A stretch of DNA of 64,000 bases. Source: Ramazzottius varieornatus. Lineage: Eukaryota; Animalia; Tardigrada. Numbering within the stretch: position 1 is the stretch's first letter; every line of letters begins with the position of its first letter. The notes below the pieces were generated by a model. The model had not been told where the DNA came from. It worked only from the letters and a program-made list of their open reading frames with translations, and ran no database searches. Below are positions 35,936 to 50,400 of this stretch, in pieces. The translations under genes were made by a program, and so were the position numbers. Where the stretch lies: positions 5,321,624-5,385,623 of the forward strand of contig BDGG01000001.1 of the NCBI GenBank assembly GCA_001949185.1. The letters are read 5' to 3'.

Positions 35936-37160
35936 TTAACTGACGTTAACCTGCGCCGGAGGCTTTCTATGCTTTCTACAGATTTCGAAGAAATTATTGA
36001 CGATCTGGGGGAGCTCAGGGTCTCTATAGATGCCTTTATGGCCGTACCGTAGCTCAGCCTTGAATGTTACCAGCTGAACAGCGTGGTTCTTCCGGGTTTG
36101 CGCCACTGCAAACAGCTTCCGTCCCAGCTCGATCGGCACGATCCCGTCGTCCTCCGCATGAAGTATTAGCACTGGGACGTCGAGTGTCAGCACGGTAGCT
36201 GAGTTATTCATGTTAACCTAAAAGCAAAGCACAAATCAAACAGGTGAATTCTTGAAATGGGACATGGGCAAACGAACCGAGCCGCATCGTTTTTCCAAGT
36301 GGCGCACCGTTCGCTGTTATTGGCTGCAAGTGTGCGCTACTTGGGAAAACGATCTGATTTACTTGCCAACGTCCCAAATGGTGGAGGAAACTTGCCTGCA
36401 TTTCTCTCATGGCTTTGGCGACAGTGTCTGTGAAGCCCGGAACGAGATGGAAGAAATACAGCAGCGGGTGCCTCCTCATAGCGTCGTCCAAACTGGAGAA
36501 AGGACTGTCTAGGATCAAGCCATCCACAGTGATGCCTATCTTCTCGATGTACTGCACAAGATGCGTGGACACGCCGGTCCCGAGCGAATGTCCCCACACG
36601 AAGACTTCCTTCTCCGGATACTCTTCCTTGATCCACTGGTACACAGCGAATGAGTCTGCCACCAAATCTTGTTCGCTCCAAGGCTGGCCCGTAGAGTCTC
36701 CGTAACCGCGGTAGTCGAAGGCGACGACGGTGAAGCCAAGACGCTGAAGATTCCTGTAGAGCTCCACTCTGTTGTACGTTACTCTCGTACCTGCGTTCCC
36801 GTGAAGGTAAAGAATGATCGGCATGTTCTGAGGATCTCTGGTCGCAAAGGAAACGTCCATTTCAGACTTGACAGGTTTGATCAGCCATGTGCCGATGCGC
36901 ACGTCGTTGGCGTGGATGTACAAATTCTCGCCTTCTAGCCCATAGATCGTCAGGTTGGTAAAGTCTATGACGGACTTGGGGGGCCAGTTAACATGGTTCA
37001 AGTACATCATATAGCAGACCGAGTAAGGAAACAACGTGAGAACCATTTGAAGGAACAGCGCCGCGAAGAGGACCATGCAGAAGAATGTAAAGATGAACTT
37101 GAAACCGAAGCGAGTTATCCGGAAAAAAGTCCTCCTCAGGACCATCCAAGCTGATGCCAT
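35936..37160 (-). CDS. ABHD12: Lysophosphatidylserine lipase ABHD12-like alpha/beta hydrolase (two exons)
   Basis: N-terminal TM, ILYLHGNAGTR, DYRGYGDS, WGHSLGTG (Ser), ILHAEDD (Asp), YGHKGIY (His); intron 36218-36395. Confidence 0.92.
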
Positions 37161-37884
37161 CTTCTGCTTCCACGTCTTCGTTCCGCCGCGTCCACCTATA
37201 AACGAAAGACAGCATGCGTAAAGGGCCGAGAATTTGCCCGATGGGAACCAGAAAACTTCTGGTCGATTGCGCGCGTTGATCAGAAGAAAAGTGACGACGG
37301 TCGACGGCCGTGAAGTACCGTTCTGAGTAGAAATCCCGGGTCTTCGTCCAGCAACTATCGCGTATGTGCGCCTGGTTCTATTTTCCTCAATCAACTGATC
37401 GGAGTAAACCGTTCAATCAAGTCGTTGTCATGTTATCTCAATCAGTCGTGACTCGAACTTGTATCCACCGTTCCACCTCCGAAGTGTTGCTATCCACCCA
37501 CTCTTCTGACTGCAAATGACGTCAGTTGTAGAATTCAATTCTAAGGCAAGCTTTCAGTCGAGTCGGGAGCATGCCGTGATGTCATACTCCACTCGATACG
37601 AAATCTCCAGTTTTAGTCTAACCTTCTTAAGCTTGACATCTGGCTTATCAGTTTCCTACTTTACCTGGTTACTTCAACAAACATAATATTCGGAAGGACT
37701 AATATCTCGTATTTATTCAAGTGTTGCAACTACACATTTCCGTTATCGAAACTCAAGAGAAACTCACGTGGACAAAGAAGTGATCACAGTTCGGTTTACA
37801 AAAGAGGAAACGATTATCGAACAGAACACATGATTGTTTGGTGTTTCGTCAGATCGTACAACTCAATACAGAGAAGAGGCCATT

Positions 37885-38607
<723 letters not shown>

Positions 38608-39451
38608 TTAAATACTACAAAGGTTCAACCTTCGAGAAAGGAGCAAAAGGGGAATCTGTGAAAGCTGTTTCCGCTTGGCAACTGAAGAAAGAAAATTATG
38701 ATTTTTTCAGAGCAAAAATACTGGGCTTTTATACTCGCCGTCGCAAGTTCACATGGAAAATCCGTTCGATCACGAAACGCGAGTGATGCAACGTGCGCCC
38801 GACGCATGGTGACTCGTCCACGTACAAGACGTGGCCGTCTCTGCCAGTCTTTGGCTCCTAACTTACCAGTGTACGCCAGTACTCGACGTGGTACATGGTG
38901 ACTCGAGTCGATGACGAGCCTGTAACTGGAAAAGAATGACTTACGAATACCCAATTGACGTCAGCGTTCTCGAACCTTCCAGTTCCAAGCGGTTCTTCGC
39001 GAATCTTGAGCACTCTGATGAGCACAAGATGTTTTCTGTGGCTCGCACTGGTTCTTTGCAGATTTATTTATAAACATCTCTGCCCAAGTTTGCCGTCTGA
39101 AAGCCCATAAGAACGAATAACTGGATAAGCTTCTTGTCCGCGTAAACAGTCCTTCCAGAGAGCTCACTGGGAACCCTTAGCTCCGAAGATACATATATCT
39201 CGAACCGCAGTTGGACCTTCGACTGGACAACTTTCAGCGCAACGGAAAAGTCAAAGGAGATGTCACCCTTTTGAAAATTGAGAGTTATACGTGAAAAAAG
39301 GGAAAATTAAACATCTTCACTTCGTTCGAAGACTTCTTTCGAGCGACGAGCGACTGCCCAGCACACCATTCTATTTAACGCGACCATATATACCGATTTT
39401 ACAGAATTAATTATACTGGTGATGTTGAAAATGCCAAACTACTGGATAGCA

Positions 39452-42400
39452 TCACCTAAAAGCAGATTCCAACTTTGTCTGTCTAAGGAGCATGCTGTAA
39501 GCAATGGAGTTTATACTGCGGACAGGAGGTCGTAGAATCATGCCGGGAGAAAGACTCCACCATGGGTTCTCCAGCTCAGTCCTATGCCCGGTCATTCTGA
39601 AATAGACAAAATCGAGACTTTTGAACCAAGCTCCAGTTTCAGCCGTCTTGAGTCCCCAGAAAGTAGACGGCAGGGACTACTGAGGTTCTACCTTTGAATT
39701 CCAAAGAACAAACCGTAAATGACGAGCAATGCAAAGCACGCTGCTGTCGCGTACAAAGCCGTCTGCCGAGTATCTACCGCGGGCACGAGATTGATCAAAT
39801 TTACGAGCACTCGCAAGAAAAGCTCTGATCGTAGAAAGGATCGATCATTACCGGTGGTTCTGCAGCCTGATCCGTCGAATCCACAAACCGGACGACTTGG
39901 CACAGGCCAAGAGCCGGAGAACCAGAAGATGTTGTCTTCGCGGACGATATCAAACGTTGAGGTGTCTTGCGACATTACCGACTGAAAAAGAACCCATCCT
40001 GGTTGTTGTGTGCTTGTGGTTCCATTCTGCGCGTATGTTTTTGGCAGAAAGAGGATGCAGGAAATATTATGCCCAAATACAGGACTTGAAAGACGATTGG
40101 GTTGTCGCCTGGCTGACGAAGTACAACGCGAGGAATCCGTTCTCCGACGCCATCTATCGTGATGTTCCCACTTCTCAGCTGGAATGTTCGGTTGACAAAG
40201 GCCTTGGCTAAGCTCGATCCTCGAGAGAAATCAGTGTGCGGGTTTCTTACGTAAAGTTCGTCGAGAACCTATGTACCATCCAAAACTCAAAAAGACAACC
40301 AATAGTAAGTCTCAGCCAAGTGAGGAGACAGGAAACTAAGTCTCTTCATGAGGAGTAAAGTACCTTTGCAAATATCATCAGCGCGGCGTACGAGCTCGCG
40401 GGATGGGGAGCCATGAGCGAACCAGAAACCACAAGCATAATCCAGAAGATTCGCTTCGCAGCATTCTCGGTGGGATATATTTCGTGCTTGGTCACTCATA
40501 CGAAGTATACCATACCGTTTCGCCCTTCTTGTAGGAACTGCCGTGGACGCTTGCTGATCTGTTCCGCCATTCGGTTTCCATCGAACTTAGTTCGGTATTT
40601 TCGTTCTTATTGTCGTCCATTTCTAACAGGAATAACGATCGGAAGGCGGCTTGAGCAATCTGAAATATGATCTATGTCCCAGCAGCTTCGGATTAGTTAC
40701 ATCTCCACAGGACGGGGAAGCAAAATTACTGCGATTTCTGACACACTCACGTATTCGCCGCTAGTCATATTCAAATCAGCTGCTCCAGTCTAAAATTTCA
40801 GAACAGCGTTGTACAATCGTCGTTAGTGAGTCGATAGTTTCCGGATATCGTGCCGGTCTCCGGCGTCGTACGTGAGACTTACCAGAAGGTTGCGCAGGAT
40901 GGTCGAATGTCCGAAAAACCAGCACACTGTACGCACAAACGCGCTTTGTAACTGCAGGGTGTTTCCGTCAAATGACTACCACTTCGTAATTTTCATGGCG
41001 TTTTCAAAGCAGTGCGTTTTCGTCCTCACGACTTTTTTTTGCTGATTGAACACTTCTTATGCTACCTTTGTAAAAAAAATTGGCCTGTAAAAACATCCAT
41101 GGGAAGTCAGGAGCTGATCCACGACTGGGGAAGGTGCTAGCACGTAGCTGCCCCGAAGAGAACTTTTCGCTCCTTCTCTCCCAGGAAAAAAAGCTTGTCT
41201 CCCTCATTTACACTCTTGTATTGAAACTGCTCAGCGAAGTCACAACTGTGGTTTAGCTCTAGAAAAAAATATGCTACGTCGTCGTTATCGTTCGCTGATT
41301 GAAGGATATAACAAATCTGATAGAATCGTGCCAAAATATTAGGTGGGCGCCAGAAAACAATGTTTCGCGAGATGGTCTTGATCTTTTGCCGACAACTAAA
41401 AGCATAAGCGGGTTGCCAACTCAATAAGTTATTTGAAATGAGAGCTCTTTTGAATACATTAGCTGAGCTTCAGAGCAGGAAGACTTTCCGCAAAAACCGA
41501 CTTCGAGTGAAACAACAACTTTTTCAGCTTTTGAAGCAATTTCGAGAATTTAGATAGTTGTGGGTCCGCTGATAAGAAACCGGGGTTGAGTACTTGCACA
41601 CGGAGGTCTAAAGCTATGTCCCAGCAGAAGCAGCGTGAAACGTTCTACCAACTGTCTGAGAGAGCTAGACGAAAACAGACAATCCGAATTCTTTCGACTC
41701 TAAAGTTCCAGGTGATGGTCACTTGGAGCAAACACCCTGTGGCTTTCCCGGGTTAACAAAGGTAATAAAAACTGGGACATCGGCTTCCTCCTGATCGTCG
41801 CACGTTTTTATTATTGTTGTCAGAGAGCACGCGCCACTTGGGGAAACGATTTGGATTGATTCATAGGTTGACGCCACGTTCCAACTGACCAGCTTACCTC
41901 GACTGGATTGCTTCAGCCTTTGTAGCGTAGCGGTGTAGTTTATGCCGGACACCGAGTTCACCGAAGTAAAATCGAACTGCAGATCTCGCTGAGCTTCAAG
42001 GTCCACCTTGACGTACTTTGCTAAACTCCCGAAGTAGGGGTTGCTACCGACGTCTAGTATCATGTATACGTTTGTCCATTGGCACATTCGCAAAAGCTTT
42101 CGATAAAAGTGGATGTACGGAATGCAAGAGTTGGTTGTGGTAGTAATCCATGTGGGTGCCTTGACCTCGTCTCGAACGCCGGGAGTGGAAAATATACTGC
42201 ATGCAAAGACTTGAGGGCTGGAATCAGAAAGTTCGGCTGCAGTTGCATTACCTTGTAAGTATCAGGATATCCCACTGTGTGGCCAGTTTTGTAAGCTAGA
42301 GAGCTTCCGTACACCCTACAGAGCTGGGAGCTAGTCGGGAAACGCTCGAAATGACGCTGGTGCCAAGACCTGAAAACTGGAGGCTTACCGGCGAAGATGA

Positions 42401-42734
42401 GTGCTGACAGTCTCGGTAAGGATCTCGAGTAGTTTCTTGAAAGACGGTAATATGCGGATGCAACGCGATCATCCACCTGGGCCTCCCACTCTGGACAGGA
42501 AAGAACTGCAGTATCGTAGATGACATGCTGGGTGATGTTAACCGAAGGATGAAGCCGACCAATATCTTGCAGCGCAGTATCAAAAGCAGGTCCCGTGTAA
42601 ACGAAAGCGCCGATCAGTACCGGCAAATAAATTGTAGGGGTCAAGATGTCAGCTTGCAAAGGCGGAAGACCCGAAGAACCTACACTCGATATTGAAACCC
42701 ACATAAGGAAACATGTAGTCCACTGGACAGGCAT
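39452..42734 (-). CDS. ANF-receptor / receptor guanylyl cyclase-like extracellular domain plus TM with short cytoplasmic tail; middle exons unresolved, possibly degenerate
   Basis: Signal peptide, YTGPAFDTAL...C at the N-terminus; juxtamembrane WFSGSWPVPSRPVCGFDGSGC; TM ALYATAACFALLVIYGLFFGI; last exon ..ELENPWWSL..SAFR* ending at 39452. Confidence 0.65.
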
Positions 42735-42972
42735 GATACTGATGACAGCACGTAGGGAAAGCCGAATGTATTGGATACTCCGATCCAAAAAGGAAGGAGC
42801 GTGATGAGCAAGTCAGTTACATCCGATAAGCAGGATCCGGATTAAGTGTATCCCTAATGTCCCTGGAACCATGTGGAGTATCGGTTGATGGATTTAACTC
42901 GCGCGTGCCTCAAAGAGAAACCATATGGTCCCGCACCCTCTCTACCTGACCCTTCGTAACACGCAAACGGTA

Positions 42973-43293
42973 CGAGGTAGCCGGCATGGTAATATCCACA
43001 GATCATTGGTCCGAATGGCTGATTGCTCGATCATAATACGTCAAATAAGCTCTTTAGAACTGCGTCCGATCCACCTTCCTACCCCGGCAGATGTCTAATC
43101 AGTTTTGCTACCTCTGAGCCTCTGATTTGTCTTGGGATAATGTAGACAAATTTTTCTTAGTTTAAGAGCCAACGAATGTAGTTTTTAATCTAAAAGCGAA
43201 CAAATGTAGTTTGAGGCAATAAGGGCCGAGACCAGGCCTGGATGTCTCCATGCCAGAAAAAACTTGCTGGATATTTCCATGCCGGTTACCTCG
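42973..43293. mobile_element. pogo-type MITE
   Basis: TA|CGAGGTAGCCGGCATGGTAATATCCA ... TGGATATTTCCATGCCGGTTACCTCG|TA. Confidence 0.85.
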
Positions 43294-43307
43294 TACTAAA
43301 AGATGTA

Positions 43308-43450
43308 CTGTAATGCTTCATGAACTTCGCGAATGACGTCATCACGCACGTACTGTTGAACCCCGGTCCGTAAATTTTGTCCTACCAATCCCCTAAGGGA
43401 TGCATCGCGCGTATGATGACGTAGTTCGCGAAGTTCATGAAGCATTACAG
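43308..43450. mobile_element. Tc1/mariner-type MITE (143 bp)
   Basis: TA|CTGTAATGCTTCATGAACTTCGCGAA ... TTCGCGAAGTTCATGAAGCATTACAG|TA; perfect 26-bp TIRs. Confidence 0.88.
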
Positions 43451-43530
43451 TATAGTTCTTTTTTGAAATTTGACTGAATGGGGCGATCGTCTCCTATCTT
43501 GCTGCTTCGTGAAAATTCTACGTGCAGGTA

Positions 43531-43870
43531 CGAGCTAAACGACATAGTTCGGGCATATCGATTTTCGCACCATAATTCGGGCAATGCGAAAAGTTTAAAC
43601 ATTATCGTCAACGCTTGATTCATCTCTGATCGTACGCCTGTTGATACAACATTAGGCTTTTTAACATTGGACAAGCCCATGTCTCTTCCAGGCCAAATTC
43701 CCGTGATCCACAACGCTTTGTTGTTCTCAAAGCTATCGAAATCTCCAGGAGAGGGATCAGTCTACCTCACGAAACAAGAAGCAGTTCATTACGCGCAGCT
43801 GCAGCTGAGTAAAAATATGCCCAAATTACGAGTGAAAAGCCACTTTGCCCGAGTTATGTCGTTTACCTCG
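43531..43870. mobile_element. pogo-type MITE, related to 26285-26640
   Basis: TA|CGAGCTAAACGACATAGTTCGGGCA ... TGCCCGAGTTATGTCGTTTACCTCG|TA. Confidence 0.82.
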
Positions 43871-43882
43871 TACGTATATGTA

Positions 43883-46553
43883 CGAGGTAAAACCAGCGAA
43901 CTTGTCCACTTTAAGGCCGCGTGGTGGAAGCACCGTCTATTGCCACACTTACCGCAACTATTTCGTGGTATCTGTCCCCAAACGTACGGTGACTATTACG
44001 AAGTGCGGTGTGACCTAGCTATTTTTCCGCAGAATTTATCCTGCCATTATACAGTACAAATGCTTCCGCGAGCATCTTTTACTCTTTCTCAAGATGGGAG
44101 GTAAAAGGTGAACATCATTGAAAGGCCACGGTAAATCAAGAAGGATATCACTTCCTGCGTGGCTTCTTTGTTGTAGCTTTCGAGGCTTTCTTTCCGGGAG
44201 GCTCTAACACTGGTTCAGGTTCCGGTGCCTTTCGCTTAGGTGCTCTTGATGATTTGGCGGCTTTAGCAGCAGCTTGGACGGCTTTCTTTCTGGCGGATTC
44301 CGCTTCGATTTCTGCCACCATTTCGTCCGACGTTATCAAAGCACCAGCTTTCAGTCTGAGCATGGTGTTCTTTCCCAGACGTTTCTTCTTAGGCGCTTCA
44401 GCCATCAGTGTCTTCGCCATTGCACCCGCAAGTACCATACCGGTGGTGAGACCCTTGAGAACGTTCTCGACACAGGTTTTTACCTCTTGCAAGCCAACGG
44501 CGTCAGTAATACCGTACTCTGCGCGCAGCACTTCCACCAGCTTGTCGTGGTTTATATCTGACTGAACCTGGCGGATTCCGCGTTGAAGAATGGACGGATC
44601 GGTGTAAGGCTTGACTGTCTTTCGGATCATGTCGGGGTTGAATAGGAAGAGGCCACATTGTGCAAAGCCCGACTTCAGGTCTGTCCCGGCGTTGAAAGCG
44701 AACTCCTCCGGAAACCCATCCGTTCAAAATCACAACATGACCAGATGGGAAAGCAAGGTATCCTTCGTTACCTAGAAGACAATCAGGTGCAATAATTCAA
44801 ACTTTCAATTCGTAAAAAACATACAAAATGATTCCCGGACATACCAGTCCACCTTTTTTGACGCGCCGATCACGGAGGTACTTGTTCCATCTGTATTTAA
44901 TTCCGCCGAATGCTGCCACGTCAAAAGGCTGAAGGCGAGAAGTTTGGCCAGACGGAAAACAGAAGATCTCCACACGTCTGCCTGTCTCCTGGAAAAACTC
45001 TCGGCAATATCAAACAAGTAGAAGGTTGTTCACATGAGAGAAGTGGCCGTCCACGAAGATTACAGTCTAGAAAATAAACAAATCAAGAAGGGAATCCCTA
45101 ATCATAACGGGCATGACGACTGACGTCACAAGCATCTTCATTTTTCAGAGCAATTTTCACAATTGCACTTGAAATGCTCCGACGTCACAGAACAATATAC
45201 GCGAAACTTACCAGCACTGCTGTTATCTTGGAAAAAACGACTTCCTTGATGTAGTTGGCGAAGATCAGCTGGTCCATGTATCCGGCTTCATTTACAGCAT
45301 GGTAACACATGTTAAAAGTGTCTTCCAGACGAAACTTGAGGTGCAACTTGCCCGAGTATAAGGCCAGAAGGTTGAGCTGGAGTCCAGCAGCATTACCACA
45401 TGGTAGCACCGTGACACACTCCTTTGCGGTTCCGTTGTACTGAGACGGAATCTGCTTCATTCCTTTCCTCCCGACCACCCTGTCGAACGAGTTGGTATCA
45501 AATTCTGTCTCGTCCAAGTTCCAGACTTGCTCCGCTGTATTAAGGAATCCTTCATCGTACAGTTTCTGCAGCTTCGAGATGTACTCCTCGCACACTTCCG
45601 CTGTCCACTCTCGGTCTTGTTTCCGGTTCGAGACATGCGTAATGCGGAGAGAAATTTCGTCGTGACGATCAAGAAAACTACGAAACGACTGAGCGTTACA
45701 GGCAGTGTTCGGTAGACCTGTAATCAGAGAAAGGGATATTTAGCTGGCAAGTAATTGTCAAAGGGGATAACAGTAGTTGCCAACCTTACCGAGTTCAACC
45801 GCTACCTGCGAGAAGAGCTGGTAGCAGTGATATCGATTTAAAGGAATCCCCATATCACAGCATGCTTTCACTAGCTCCACTGAGTCCGTTTCCATTCGCG
45901 GGGAAAACTTCGTTTGTCCACCCTGATGTCCCGTGTTACGATTCTGGAGGCGATTCCTCAGCGTGCTGCGACTCACACCATATGCCTTAGCTGCCGAACG
46001 CTGGCTCATTTCCTCCGTTTTCACCGCTTGGATAGCAGCATTCATGATCTGTTTGTTAGCTTCTGCTGCTGTACAAAGCTTAGACTGAGGCATTTTGTGG
46101 TAATCCCTTTCGAAAATAAACGTAGCAAGCTCGAGAAGCTTGCAAATTTCTTTTATGAAAACTGGCAGTGTTGCATTACCGTACCGCATATTGTTAGCGC
46201 GACGGAAATATGTCACCCAACTGGTTTCAGCGAAGACATGGTGGTGTGCAGCTCATTAACGATCCAGTGACGTACCCTCATAGACCAGAAAACGCGACAT
46301 GCGCGCCTCTGTCGACTGGCTCAAAATTTTTCCCATAGGCTTTTTAACATAGCACCAACCCCTCTTCCCGAAAGACCTCATAAGAGGTCTCCTGCATGCT
46401 CCTTTGCTTTCGGACTAGTCGGGGTGAAATCGAGACGTTTTCTGCTATCTAACGACTCAATAAACACGCAACAGCAGTCAGTACTTTCCGAGATCCAAGG
46501 CGGGAAAGTTCGCCATGCGATTTTGCATGGACAAGTTCGCTGGTTTTACCTCG
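43883..46553 (-). mobile_element. pogo/Tigger-like DNA transposon, full length
   Basis: Perfect 26-bp TIRs CGAGGTAAAACCAGCGAACTTGTCCA (43883-43908, 46528-46553) with TA on both sides. Confidence 0.93.
44148..46093 (-). CDS. pogo-family transposase (HTH_psq, CENP-B HTH, DDE_1) with introns, probably disrupted
   Basis: MSQRSAAKAYGVSRSTLRNRL; QVWNLDETEF; VTVLPCGNAAG; GYMDQLIF; VIFVDGHFSH; basic C-terminal tail. Confidence 0.85.
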
Positions 46554-46639
46554 TAGCGGTACCGCAAGCGATTTCATACCTCAATTTTATAACCATAGGA
46601 TCAGCATAGGGTATCATTCTATGATGAAACTAATTACTA

Positions 46640-46923
46640 GCTAGCAGGCATGGAGACATCCAGTGGAAAATTTCTGGCATGGAAACACCCACGGAGCATT
46701 GCTCCAAGTGACCGATAATTTCATCATAGTAGTCACCTCTTCAACATTGCATCTGACCAACCTCCTTCCAAGGCAAATAACTCATCAGTTTTGCTATCTC
46801 TGAAATTCTGATTTGTTTTAGGAGAATAAATACAAGTCTTTCTTAATTTAGGAACCGAGAAAATGTAGTTTGAGGCAGTAATTGCTGAGATCAGGCCCGG
46901 ATATCTTCATGTCGGCTACCTCG
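46640..46923. mobile_element. Partial MITE related to 42973-43293
   Basis: Shares AAATGTAGTTTGAGGCA and ends GGATATCTTCATGTCGGCTACCTCG|TA; left end eroded. Confidence 0.6.
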
Positions 46924-47427
46924 TACTCAGAAAAAAACCCCGGCTGGGTTCGAGATTTGATTATGTGTCTTGGCCACACTGCTGCACCTATTAACCTGTG
47001 TGCCTTGCAGTTGCAGGTGTGTGGTTGAATGCACAGTACAACTAAGTACACTGTACGAATCGCAGGTGTATGAGTGCAGCCGCACCCATCGTCTCGTTTC
47101 TCGACCACTTCCACGCCGATGTACGTTTGCAGCAGCGCACAATCATTCCACACAATGCTATCGTGTGCCGTGGACGTCGGCCTTTTGTATGTTTGGATTA
47201 TGAATTTATGATTTTGCTGACTGACTCAGTCTAGACAAGCCTCTACTTTAGTTGGAAATTTCAACGTCAGATGGCCGGCAGCTGTACTACCACATGTTGC
47301 CCCGGCCACTATCGGTTCAGTAGCTAGTTAATTTTCTCTCCGAAGATCATTCGAAACAATATCTTACCCAATTCGATCCTTTCGCTCGCTCCTTACTCCA
47401 CTGTCGTGAAACGGATCGCTCCGAAAA

Positions 47428-50400
47428 ATGTTCAAGCACATCCGCCGACCTTCTCGCGTCCCGAGCGAGGCGGAAGACGGTCAGCAGCCCGGCCGGGATA
47501 TTCCGCGTTGTCCCACCGCACTGGACCGAAGCTTTGCCAGTGTATCTTCCGGGAAAAGTAGCGTAGGTTCGGATAGCGGATCCAGCCGGTCGTCCAGCGC
47601 TCTTAGCACAGGCGATGCCCAGACGGTAAGCTCGAATTTTCTCTATCGGTCATAAAATATCGTCCGACATTTCGAAAAATATGAGAAATCCTGATTATCC
47701 TTGTTAAATTCAGTGAAAGTTAAGTTGCGAAGAGCATTTTTCGTAACAAGAATTATTCGGTTATTTGGGAGGTGGTGTGCTATCTTACACGCGTACTTGG
47801 GGACGAACAAGGAAGTAGCGAATATGATCTTTGTGATGGTTCCCAAGACCCTTGAAGAGACAGCTCTCGAGAACTCTTGTCCCTTTTGTCTTGATAGTCC
47901 ATTTCCCCACTGCAACATTGCACGTGCTGTAGATCAGATTATTCATATGAGTTGAGGACTGGAACAGGAGGGAAGCTGGAATGTGTGGCGCACATGTCCA
48001 CTTCACTCCACACAATTCTGAAGATCAATCGTTTCTATGCCATGGAATGCTCAATGGCTACCAGAAATAACTCGAGCATTTCCCGTTTGTTGTGTGCCCC
48101 ATGCTACCAGATGTCAATACATTGGCCCCAGATTTCTTCGGGGAAAAGAGTGGTGTTCAGATGGCTATCAGAGTGTAACGATGCGCAGTGGCGGTGCACT
48201 TGATTAAATCGTCGTCTGTTGCGGATGCCTGACCACAGGAATCTCGATTCAGTAGCCCCCTCTTGTATACACTTTGGTGCGACTGACCACTACCGTTTCC
48301 TGTCGGTTTCTGCTCACTTCTGAAACGGTATGCTCGACTGGGCACTGGCCAGCTAATCTTTTCTAAATACAGTCCGGTCGATCGAAATCTAGTACCTATT
48401 TCTCCGATTTTGTTTTGAAGTCTGCTATACATTCGCCATACAGCACGACAAGCCAAGACCGAAATTACATTACACATAAATTACACCGTAGCTTTACTGG
48501 TGTGATCAAGTAATCAACCCGCATGTGGACCGGCTGTGTCGGTATGGCTCGCAGTATCGTTAATTTTGCACGATTTCTTCATTTTGAAATCGCATCGGTC
48601 GCTCGAAATCAGGTAGCAGATTTCGAGCGACCGGACTGTATCGCTGATCGATCGTCAGGCAGAAAATTAAGGCTTCCGCGTTCCTTATCCTACACAAAAG
48701 TTTTATTGGAGAAGCTAGGTCGTCGTAATAAAGTTCGAAGAAAGTAAAATGAAAAGTTCCCTTCGAATCCTTGTTCGTTTTGATAGCATATTTCTAGTTA
48801 GAATAGACATGTTGACCATCTGTAATTACGATAAGCACACATCACATTCGTACCGGATGTTTTACAGCTGTAGGCCACTTAAAGAACGTAACGAACCGTA
48901 CACATCTGTCCTTTCAAACGCATTCTTCTTTTGCGAGTAAAAATGCCGCTCTTCGGGTTTCCGAAAAGCGTATAAAAATTAATACCAAGAAGGAGAAAAG
49001 GCGGCTATGCGCCGATCACCTGTTGAATCAGGCTGTTAAAGCTAAGCCGGCATGAATCAAAAATGAGTTATGGATTATTAAGGGTCGTTTGAGGCATATG
49101 GCGGTCTTGTTTGGAGACATTGCACAAAGGGCCAGAAGAAAGGGGACAAAGCGGGATGTTGTTGTGGTCGCGCTTGAATGCCTGACATAACTATGGTTTT
49201 TGGTTTCATTGGAACGTGTCGGTACCATTATTCAGCCTGTACCAGATTGCCCAGCTCGCCTTTCGATGCATCACAGCTGAGCAGGAATCCAATTTCGCGT
49301 CTCGAATGTCCAGCTAGACGCGACAAAAGGGACATGCTGGAAAAGGAGAAGGGCCATCTGGCGAGAAGTCAAAAGAACGACGCAAGGAATGCGGTTGCCA
49401 TTTTTCCACTTCTGTAAACATGTGTACATGTGTGCCATGTATCATATTGTACGCCAGAATATTCCAGGAATTTTTGTTTGACTTCGAATCGGCCTGTTAG
49501 AATTCTCAAAGTATTGTGCCATCGTAATGGCGCAGCGGGAAGCTTCTTCTCCAAGGTGCCTCTTTCGAGTTTGAAAAAAAGGTCGCTGAATATTTATCCA
49601 TAATAGATTTAAGCTAAAGCTCATGAACATTTCTCCGGTACGCGAACCCAGAACATCAAATCTTTCGAAGTCAGGCCGAAAAATCCGCGAGAGTTTCGTG
49701 AGGTCGGACAAAGATGTTGCGCCACTGTGGCGGAAAGCGATAAGACTTGAAGATTGAACGGACTGGTCGTTAAATTTGGACATTGGGTATCATCGTTGGA
49801 GGCAGGAATGTGGTTAGGAACTTTATCATGTAGTCTTTGAAATTGATGAAGTGTTGGAGCCCCTTTAGGCGGCGATTATGCGCGGAGGTATGAAGAGAAC
49901 CTGGCTGATGGAATGCGTGTGCAACTGGACACTTGTCGTGGAATAATTGGCGATTTATAGTGTTATGTGATGGATGATGCAGATTGCTTCCTCTCTCCAT
50001 AACCATCAACCTGCGCAGTTATCGTTAGTCCATACTGTAATTTTCTTAGGTTTATAAAGTGGGGTTGTGAACTTTGTTTCAGTCTGTTTGGCTAAGACGG
50101 TGGACGTAATTGCTAAATGGTCAAGCCATGTCGTTATCGCCTGTGCTTGAAGGGCTTACTCTTCAAGTGGGTGTGATAATCTTCGGACGAACAAATTCCT
50201 CAGTAAGCTTCCAACCCTTCTCCTTGTTTACATTTCAACTTTAAAGAGGGGAACATGTCGACGCATGATAATGTTTATCACCGTCATCCTTCTTCCGTAA
50301 TGGTGGTCTCTCGAAGAAAGGTGATAAATTTCGCGTTCCATCACGCTAAGAATCACCTGTGAAAAACGAGTCAAAAACTTTGGCACTTAAAGTAAAACTA

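Noticed and set aside
36213-37394. 393-aa single-exon ABHD12 as given in the ORF track
   Set aside because: It starts at a non-ATG codon and reads into the intron; the catalytic Asp and His are in the next exon.
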